Source: Octopus sinensis
Taxonomy: Eukaryota
Direction: 5' to 3'
Length of the DNA: 49,668 bases
Assembly (NCBI RefSeq): GCF_006345805.1
Contig: NW_021834456.1
Coordinates: 1 to 49,668 of the forward strand
Shown: in pieces, positions 41,089 to 49,668 of the stretch
Layout of the letters: every line of letters starts with the position of its first letter
Position numbering within the stretch: the first letter of the stretch is position 1
The notes under the pieces: generated by a model
Databases searched by the model: none
What the model saw: the letters and a program-made list of their open reading frames with translations, nothing else
What the model was told of the DNA's origin: nothing
Program-made: the position numbers and the translations under genes

Positions 41089-42240
41089 ATACATATACGC
41101 ATAAATAATTCACCTGCCTATGCTCTCATGTCCGCAAATATTTATACTTACGTTTGCATATGCCGTGTGTGTGTGTGTGTGTGTATATTTATCTATCTAT
41201 ATATATATATATCATATCACGTCTGTTTACATATAAAAAGACTTGCATGTGTGTATGAAGCTATTCATGATTATTCTTTAAAAGTGTTATGATATATTAC
41301 TTCGTTGTATATTAAGGTCACTTATATGTGTGACATGAATTATATTACTCTATCAAAGTTCCATTATTTCGTTTTCGTCTTATATATGACGCATGTGTGC
41401 CCTAGTTACGCGCATTGATTTGGGGTGCAAAATCATTAGAAGGTCGTTATAAATCAATACGCAATTTACGTTCAAGAAAATAGATGTCCTGTCAACGTCC
41501 ATGACAGATAAACGGTAGAGATTCGTGATGCCTCGCTACTAACTAATGCACATTATCTTCCGTCGAATTTCATCAGTTTTCTTGTCTCATATACATACAT
41601 ATATATGCATACGTACATACAGATAGACAGACATTCATACATACATAGTTCTAACATATATTCATAGATATATCTATGTTTCTGAGTTCGCTTATAAAGA
41701 TAAAATTAGGCTTTTTATATGCATAACGGCATCGAATTGACTATTAACAAAATAATACCGAGGTGTGCAATTAATTCAGTATTTTATATAAAGTTTCATC
41801 TGTCCTGCCCGCCAAATTTGGTTCTGGTGTTCGCTGAATTTTTCCTCTAGAGAACTTTCTTTGTAGTTTGATCGTTGAAGATCTATTTCTAGCATACGGC
41901 CGACTACCTAGTAGTTTTGCCCTGCCAATATACTCATATATTAGAATTTTCTCTGATTTCTCAGATTTTTTGTATGCTAGAATACTGGTTTTAAATTGAT
42001 ATTAAAATTAATATTAATTTATCTCCCTCATTATTTAAATATTGAAATAAATACGTTCTCTAGTAGTAAGCACTAACCGCAGTTAATTATTTACTGCAGT
42101 TCTTCGTTTCAGGAATTCATTAGCGCGCCGGAACTAAGACATTTGAAATTGTATACCTAATGTAATCGGTAAAACTGAAAACGAGTCTGTTTTGGCACAA
42201 AATGCTGGGGTTAGTTTTGTCGATTGCATTTACACTGAAC

Positions 42241-42319
42241 GATTGTACTGATGAGGCCACGGACATTTGAATTATGTAAGTTATTCTTTTGTTAAAGGCC
42301 GAAACCGAGGTGTGCAATT
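42241..42319 (+). ncRNA. Type I hammerhead motif, array 1 copy a (G at position 17)
   Basis: GAUUGUA-CUGAUGA-GGCC..(38 nt)..GGCC-GAAA-CCGAGG-U-G-UGCAAUU. Confidence 0.75.
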
Positions 42320-42786
42320 AATTCTGTTTTTTATATAAATTTTCATCTGTATGCCCGCCAAATTTGGTTCGGGTGTTCGCTGAATTTTTCCTCTAGAGAA
42401 CTTTCTTTGTAGTTTGATCGTTGAAGATCTATTTCTAGCATACGGCCGACTACCTAGTAGTTTTGCCCTGCCAATATACTCATATATTAGAATTTTCTCT
42501 GATTTCTCAGATTTTTTGTATGCTAGAATACTGGTTTTAAATTGATATTAAAATTAATATTAATTTATCTCCCTCATTATTTAAATATTGAAATAAATAC
42601 GTTCTCTAGTAGTAAGCACTAACCGCAGTTAATTATTTACTGCAGTTCTTCGTTTCAGGAATTCATTAGCGCGCCGGAACTAAGACATTTGAAATTGTAT
42701 ACCTAATGTAATCGGTAAAACTGAAAACGAGTCTGTTTTGGCACAAAATGCTGGGGTTAGTTTTGTCGATTGCATTTACACTGAAC

Positions 42787-42865
42787 GATTGTACTGATGA
42801 GGCCACGGACATTTGAATTATGTAAGTTATTCTTTTGTTAAAGGCCGAAACCGAGGTGTGCAATT
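42787..42865 (+). ncRNA. Type I hammerhead motif, array 1 copy b
   Basis: Identical to 42241-42319, offset by 546. Confidence 0.75.
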
Positions 42866-43332
42866 AATTCTGTTTTTTATATAAATTTTCATCTGTATGC
42901 CCGCCAAATTTGGTTCGGGTGTTCGCTGAATTTTTCCTCTAGAGAACTTTCTTTGTAGTTTGATCGTTGAAGATCTATTTCTAGCATACGGCCGACTACC
43001 TAGTAGTTTTGCCCTGCCAATATACTCATATATTAGAATTTTCTCTGATTTCTCAGATTTTTTGTATGCTAGAATACTGGTTTTAAATTGATATTAAAAT
43101 TAATATTAATTTATCTCCCTCATTATTTAAATATTGAAATAAATACGTTCTCTAGTAGTAAGCACTAACCGCAGTTAATTATTTACTGCAGTTCTTCGTT
43201 TCAGGAATTCATTAGCGCGCCGGAACTAAGACATTTGAAATTGTATACCTAATGTAATCGGTAAAACTGAAAACGAGTCTGTTTTGGCACAAAATGCTGG
43301 GGTTAGTTTTGTCGATTGCATTTACACTGAAC

Positions 43333-43411
43333 GATTGTACTGATGAGGCCACGGACATTTGAATTATGTAAGTTATTCTTTTGTTAAAGGCCGAAACCGA
43401 GGTGTGCAATT
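43333..43411 (+). ncRNA. Type I hammerhead motif, array 1 copy c
   Basis: Identical to 42241-42319, offset by 1092. Confidence 0.75.
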
Positions 43412-43696
43412 AATTCTGTTTTTTATATAAATTTTCATCTGTATGCCCGCCAAATTTGGTTCGGGTGTTCGCTGAATTTTTCCTCTAGAGAACTTTCTTT
43501 GTAGTTTGATCGTTCATGATCTATTTCTAGCATACGGCCGACTACCTAGCAGTCTTGCCCTGCCAATATACACATATATTAGAATTTTCTCTGATTTCTC
43601 AGATTTTTTGTATGCTAGACTACTGGTTTTAAATTGATATTAAAATTAATATTAATTTATCTCCCTCATTATTTAAATATATATATATATAAGCGT

Positions 43697-44053
43697 AGGA
43701 GTGGCTGTGTGGTAAGTAGCTTGCTTACCATCCACATGGTTCCGGATTCAGTCCCACTGCGTGTCACCTTGGGCAAGTGTCTTCTACTCTAGCCTCAGGC
43801 TTACGAAAGCCTTCTGAGTGGATTTGGTAGGCAGAAACTAAAAGAAGCCCATCGTATATATGTATGCGTGTGTGTTTGTGTGTCTGTCCTCGGAACATCT
43901 CTTGACAACCGATGGTGGTGTGTTTACGTCCCCTTAATATAGCGGTTTGGCAAAGGAGACTGATAGAATAAGTACTAGGCTTACAAAGAATAAGTACCGG
44001 TGTTGATTTGTTCGACTAAAGGCAGTAATCCAGCATGGCCACAGTTAAACGAC
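43697..44053 (+). mobile_element. SINE family B
   Basis: AGGAGTGGCTGTGTGGTAAGTAGCTTGCTTACC..CACCTTGGGCAAGTG..CCAGCATGGCCACAGT. Confidence 0.9.
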
Positions 44054-44115
44054 AGATGTTTTCGCTATATTTTCGCATATCATTACACATACACAAAAGG
44101 ACGCACTTGCGCGCT

Positions 44116-44433
44116 AACAAATCGACCCCAGGACTTATTCTTTGTAAGTCTAGTACTTTTTTTATCGGGCCCTTTTTCCGAACCGCTAAGTTACGAGGAC
44201 GTAAACATACACTAGCATCGGTTGTCAAGCGATGTTGGAGGAGGCAGACAAACACACACATATATACATATATACGACGGGTTTCTTTCAGTTTCCGTCT
44301 ACTAAATCCACATACAAGGCATTGGTCGTTCCGAGGCTATAGTAAAAAAACACTTACCCAAGGTACCTCGCAATGGGACTGAACCTGGAATCATGTGGTT
44401 GGTAAGCAAGCTACTTACCACACAGCCACTCCT
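44116..44433 (-). mobile_element. SINE family B, inverted relative to the neighbouring copy
   Basis: Head reverse complement GCTACTTACCACACAGCCACTCCT at 44410-44433. Confidence 0.9.
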
Positions 44434-44540
44434 GCGCCTATATTTACTTTCATTCGATCAATCACGGACATCATCCTCACAGTTCACCTCTGAGTGTCAC
44501 TCTGTTCTTGACCTTCATATATGGCTACATGTCTGATCAG

Positions 44541-44680
44541 TATCAGATTCTGATACCTTAACCGAGTACTAAGTCCAGCGGTACGAATCACCACTGTCCA
44601 GGAGGATTTTACTTCGCCAATATCGGTTTCCCCGACTTTCCCAGCAAATATGTGTTCCGTACCATTCTGGTATTTCATGT
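44541..44680 (-). repeat. Unassigned dispersed repeat (copy of 40255-40382)
   Basis: See 40255-40382. Confidence 0.65.
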
Positions 44681-46055
44681 GGGTAGACGTTTTCTACATC
44701 AAAATGCATATCATCATGACAATGCCTTCGTCACCTTACGCAGGTACGTCTGCCCCGTGACCCAAGTGGGATATCATTCATAATCTTCCAAGACAATGTT
44801 TTTCAAAGCCAAAACATTTAGATGAGGATTGAAAGGACAATCGTGACGGAAGAAACATCCGATGTCAAATTACTTAGGGAGTGTCATGCCGCCTCCTTTA
44901 TTTCCTGTCACTATTAAGATACACACTACTTGTCTGGTACGGCTGGCATCATGCAATATTCCCTAATGTACTCACGCGTTTGTCCTTTGTTCGCCACTAA
45001 TAAATTCCATTTTCTAGTGTGATCTACGCCATAAAATGTTCCTGATTCTCCTTTCCAAGCAAGCATACAACCTTCATAGTATTCCTCGCCTGACTATGTT
45101 TTACTGCAGCAGTTACCTAACAGCTTTTCAAGCAGAATATGCAATATATATGTATTACTTTTTTCCAAAGAATGTATGAAGTCTAAGGCTAATTTTGGTT
45201 TTCTTTTTACCTTGAGACAAAACCATTGAGACAAAAATTGGAAGGAATAGATAGATAGAATGCGAAAGAGAATGATAGGCTGTAATAGATATAGTTGGTG
45301 ATAATATGGACTCACTTAAGTAACATTTGGCTGCTTATTCTAGAGGCTGTCAAATTTGTAAAGGCTCTGACGTTAGTTCACTTCAGTCGACATTGCTATA
45401 ATTATTGTCCTTTAGACCCAAGTTATGCCTAATAGACAGGACATATGTTGGGAGATTTCTAGACTTAGAAACATGAAAATCTATTGAATTTTTTTAGGAA
45501 AAAATGTTGTCACCATCTTTATTACTACAAGCATGTTGTACAATCATTGCCGAATAAACAAAGCATATACATATACACTCTGTGGTTTCAAGTATTTATA
45601 TTCTTGGCTTACCGAATAATCAATAAAAGAAGTGGACATTCAATACAATACTGTGTAACATTCGATAATATCCTGGTTATCTCAGTTTTCTCTTATCAGT
45701 AAAATAACTGAAATGTACCATCGATCTGTGCTTCAAGCTTAGACATATGTGTCATAGATGCATAATTTGAGAGAACATCTATTATCTTGATAAAATAGTC
45801 TGAAAGAATCAATGATGCAAACGGCATAGAAATATTTTTATTGAACTTCGGATAACAGCTGTGGAATTAATAAGGGTCGTCTGATGATTCTGTTATTCTG
45901 AAGCGCACGATATATCATACGTGTGTAGCTATCGGTATACGCATCTAGCGTTGCATATATGCTTACAAACACACACACACAAAAGTATATATGTGTGTAT
46001 GAATTTATCTATCTCTCTATCTATCGAGCTAGCTACCTTTCCCTCTCTATCTATG

Positions 46056-46109
<54 letters not shown>

Positions 46110-46271
46110 AATCAAATTGCGATAAAATAAAAATAATTATAATCGCTGGTATTACTAACAAAGCCATATATTTTTCATATATCAGTACATTAAGGCGAAA
46201 TATGTGCTAGGAATACAGAAGCTTGATAAATTAAGTGAAATGAAGATAAAAACATTTACTAAACCGGTAAT

Positions 46272-46343
46272 TCTCAGACTGCAGTTTCTTTCTTTTCAGC
46301 AATAAAGATAATTTATTTGCTCAGGGAGGATTCTTCAGTGAGA
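46272..46343 (-). ncRNA. Type I hammerhead ribozyme, array 2 copy a
   Basis: UCUCA-CUGAAGA-(43-nt stem II)-GAAA-CUGCAG-UC-UGAGA. Perfect 5-bp stem I, stem III palindrome ACUGCAGU, GUC cleavage after 46277. Confidence 0.8.
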
Positions 46344-46667
46344 CCCTGTTTTTCTGGGATCCTAACTCACTAGAAGCATGTGCGTCTAATGATTTACTCT
46401 CCCTAACTAATCATATCACTGCGCAGACTCCGAACGTCCCGACAACACTAGGGAATTCTGGTATATCGCCTGGCGCTCACAATTTATCGAGAAATATGTA
46501 AACAAATCAAATTGCGATAAAATAAAAATAATTATAATCGCTGGTATTACTAACACAAGCCATATATTTTTCATATATCAGTACATTAAGGCTAAATATG
46601 TGCTAGGAATACAGAAGCTTGATAAATTAAGTGAAATGAAAATAAAAACATTTACTAAACCGGTAAT

Positions 46668-46739
46668 TCTCAGACTGCAGTTTCTTTCTTTTCAGGATTA
46701 AAGATAATTTATTTGCTCAGGGAGAATTCTTCAGTGGGA
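46668..46739 (-). ncRNA. Type I hammerhead ribozyme, array 2 copy b
   Basis: UCCCA-CUGAAGA-AUUCU..AGAAA-GAAA-CUGCAG-UC-UGAGA. One mismatch in stem I. Cleavage predicted after 46673. Confidence 0.75.
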
Positions 46740-47189
46740 CCCTGTTTTTCTGGGATCCTAACTCACTAGAAGCATGTGCGTCTAATGATTTACTCTCCCT
46801 AACTAATCATATCACTGCGCAGACTCCGAACGTCCCGACAACACTAGGGAATTCTGGTATATCGCCTGGCGCTCACAATTTATCGAGAAATATGTAAACA
46901 AATCAACTTGCGATAAAATAAAAATAATTATAATCGCTGGTATTACTAACACAAGCCATATATTTTTCATATATCAGTACATTAAGGCGAAATATGTGCT
47001 AGGAATACAGAAGCTTGATAAATTAAGTGAAATGAAGATAAAAACATTTACTAAACCGGTAATTCTCAGACTGCAGTTTCTTTCTTTTCAGCAATATATA
47101 TATACACATAACTCTACACATTCTTTTATTCTCTTATGAATTTCAGTTCAAAGGCTGTGGCTATGCTGGGTAATCACGCACACACACAC

Positions 47190-47225
<36 letters not shown>

Positions 47226-47465
47226 AAATAAAGATTCAGATAGAATCATGCACTTGAAAGGATGTGCACCTCAGTAGGGTTAGATAATCTCTATGGTTGG
47301 TGAGTAGCAAATAGGATATTTCGGTTGTGTACACAGAGGAAACCAACTCTATGTGAATTTAGCACCAAGGGGCTGGTCCAAATTTTGCGTTGCTTTGAAT
47401 TGTATATTGTTGGTATTATCTAAGGTGTCCTACAAATCTTAAATTCCCTTGGTGTATTATGGTCA

Positions 47466-47760
47466 CATGCATAATAACATGCAATGAATCATTGTCAGCT
47501 CATTGCAGGTGTTTCCTTCGTAACTTTTTAATAGAATAACGAGGAGAATAATTTTGTTACAAACGACTGTAATCATCAGTCTATCGAGGCCGACCATTTC
47601 ATAGTTTAGCTCGACAGACTTCAGCCACATCGCTGCTGTATTCTTGGGATGTTCTTTTGTTTGTAAAATCACTTCTCATCAGGGGATTATGGTCATTTGT
47701 AATCGAGAAGTAAGAAACAGCTGTAATGAGTTAACACTTATGCATCGTTTGTTGTTATTC
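47466..47760. mobile_element. Old inverted-repeat element (possible MITE)
   Basis: Reverse complement of 47470-47575 (GATTACAGTCGTTTGTAA..GAAACACCTGCAATGAGCTGACA) aligns at roughly 70-75% with 47682-47755 (GATTATGGTCATTTGTAA..GAAACAGCTGTAATGAGTTAACA). Confidence 0.4.
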
Positions 47761-47761
47761 C

Positions 47762-47792
<31 letters not shown>

Positions 47793-49668
47793 TATATTCT
47801 CAGCTGTAAAGTTGCTGGCATTCCACGTAGAGATGAGGGGTTCATGTGCCCACCTAGCCAGCTCGGTACCATCATTCAAAAGCAAAATGATTGTGAAAAA
47901 CCGTATGGTGAGCAACGAAGTATAACAATAACAACATAACGTATATCTTACACATACATGTGCACGTACGTATGTATCCGTTTATTCGCGAAAGTGTGTA
48001 CAATGTTCCTATAATTTTGATGTGGTATTTCTCTTCATTTGGCTAATTTTGAATGTTGATATTGGAATCTGTGTGACTGTCCGTGTGTAGATGGTTGTAT
48101 GTGTGTGCGGTTTGTTGGCGCTAGATGCGTGCATGTGTGCGTACTTGTGAGAGAATTATGGATAAGTAGGGGAAAGTATCATATATAAAAGAAAAAATAT
48201 GAGAGAAAAGATGTCAGATGACACTATGAAAAGGTGGCAAATTACAGCTAAATTGAATAGAGCTCAAAGTATTTGGCATAATTTCGCTCAATTCCATCTA
48301 CTCTTACAGAAATATCATGGAAGATATTTTTTGTAACTGCAATTACTGTAATAGTTTTCTCCTGATTTCTTCTCTTGAAGACAACTTTTTCACTGAGACA
48401 CGGTGACATATTCTATTAAAGTAATACATTGTCACTATGGAATAAAATATTTCTTTACATCCCTTTACAGCTGAAATCCATTCTATGGGTGTTCAAAACT
48501 TGTGTCTGCCCAGTTTCACCCATTTCTTTTGTCAAATTGCAACCATGATAAAAATCCAAGATTTTACGCCGTAGGTTAGAACCAAGAACTACGTGATTGC
48601 ATCATGAACTGTTTAAATATCCTCCGTTCCAAATTATATACATAAGAAAACATCAGTAGACCTGTTTCTCTCTTTTATCATAAATTGATTATTATTTTTT
48701 GATAAAACACAATTTATGTGCTTATTGGGAAAAGTGGTAACGTAATATATAATGCGGTCAATAGTTACGTGAATGATATGAGCTTGTCTAAATAGTGACA
48801 TTCTGTAGAATTGGTTAGATTGGTGGACAACATCAATAACGCCACAGGTTCAGGCATTTTCTAAACATGTCAACTGGGGTTTCGAATCTGGCGAATTAAT
48901 GTCAGTACGCGATGCAGCAACTATGCCTCTATTCGTTGGCAAAAGTGAACATGCCATCTTCAAACACATTCATCTCTTCTCTCTTTCTTTTTGTCTCCAT
49001 ACTTTCTCGTTTTCTTTATCTCTTCTTCCCTCTATCCCTCATTATCTTTTCGTTATAAGATGACTGTGACAACTTGAATAGAGGCTTGAGAGCATTTTCC
49101 TGTTGTTATCCATAAGATGAGTGAACGTTTTATGCTGATTACGCGTACCTTGTGTAACAAACTTTGAAAGAAAGTCTTTAGTTCTGTCTTCCGAGACACG
49201 TACTTTTGTCTCCCGATTCCCTCCTCCCACACTATAGTATGTTGACCAAATAACCAATAAATAATAAACCTAACGAGGGATTGAAACAAGCCATCTCTTT
49301 CGAATCGATCACGCATTATCAATAATTATCGAAAATCGATAAATAAATAAGCAGAAAATAAAATCCCAACATAAAATATAGAAAGCTGACAACGTCAGTG
49401 CAAAAAAAATAAGTGAGACATCAAAGAAGCGATATCAATTTATTAAACATATTGTATACATAATAATTTACATTGAACTAATAAATCCAGTGCTCAAAGG
49501 CATAGGACATCAACAAATTACCCAAAAGCTAAGTAAAAGTTTTACACTCCCAAATAATCACTCTGAAAGATCATTCGAAATTCACAATAAAGTTTCGGCA
49601 AAAATTGTAGTCAAAGAGAAAAAAGTACATCGAAAGCATTAATGCCGCTTTAAACCGTTATGGAATCA

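Larger units (their letters stand above)
41757..43680 (+). repeat. Tandem array of a 546-bp hammerhead-containing unit (3.5 copies; retrozyme/PLE-like)
   Basis: Periodicity 547/546/546 (ACCGAGGTGTGCAATT at 41757, 42304, 42850, 43396). One HHR at each junction. Confidence 0.9.
46107..47095 (-). repeat. Tandem array of a 395-396-bp hammerhead-containing unit (2.5 copies; retrozyme/PLE-like)
   Basis: CAAATCAA.TTGCGATAAAAT starts at 46108, 46503 and 46899. Copies differ at a few sites. (TA)n on both flanks. Confidence 0.9.

Noticed and set aside
85-41292. Numerous Y/I/C/V/H/T-rich ORFs in the track (e.g. 37639-38637, 32452-32894, 13410-13763)
   Set aside because: These are translations of (TA)n/(CA)n microsatellites, which lack stops in some frames.
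42120-43409. Identical 65-aa minus-strand ORF repeated three times
   Set aside because: It is a consequence of the 546-bp repeat, antisense to the ribozyme strand, with no recognisable homology.
45870-45910. GTCGT-CTGATGA-ttctgttattct-GAAG-CGC-ACGAT hammerhead-like motif
   Set aside because: GAAA is mutated, there is no UH triplet and stem II does not pair. At best an ancient relic.
41757-47095. Tandem arrays as CRISPR-like or phage-like systems
   Set aside because: Units repeat in full with no unique spacers, there are no cas genes, and the context is eukaryotic.
47520-47590. Minus-strand CTGATGA followed by a TTACA/TGTAA hairpin
   Set aside because: It is followed by CAAA rather than GAAA and stem I is poor. 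Probably chance within an old inverted repeat.

Overview
Gene-poor, very AT-rich animal genomic DNA. The (TA)n load and the tRNA-derived SINE families point to an octopod cephalopod (Octopus sp.); this is inferred from repeat content. I cannot support any host protein-coding gene. Most listed ORFs are microsatellite artefacts or decayed transposon frames. The window holds three SINE families (about 20 copies), two CR1-group LINE 3' fragments, a decayed L1/Tx1-like LINE, mariner/Tc1 relics and a Penelope-like (PLE) reverse-transcriptase relic. The main result is a set of type I hammerhead ribozyme (HHR) motifs read directly from the sequence. Two unrelated tandem arrays carry one HHR per unit: a 546-bp unit x3.5 on + (41757-43680) and a 396-bp unit x2.5 on - (46107-47095). 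This is the architecture of non-LTR retrozymes / PLE-derived ribozyme satellites that can release monomeric, circularisable RNAs. Two PLE-type foldback elements (23.8-24.4 kb, 28.0-28.4 kb) also carry HHRs, and in each only one arm keeps an intact ribozyme. Two further decayed minimal HHR-like motifs occur at 7.7 and 40.5 kb. Folds were paired by eye, and cleavage and expression are untested.
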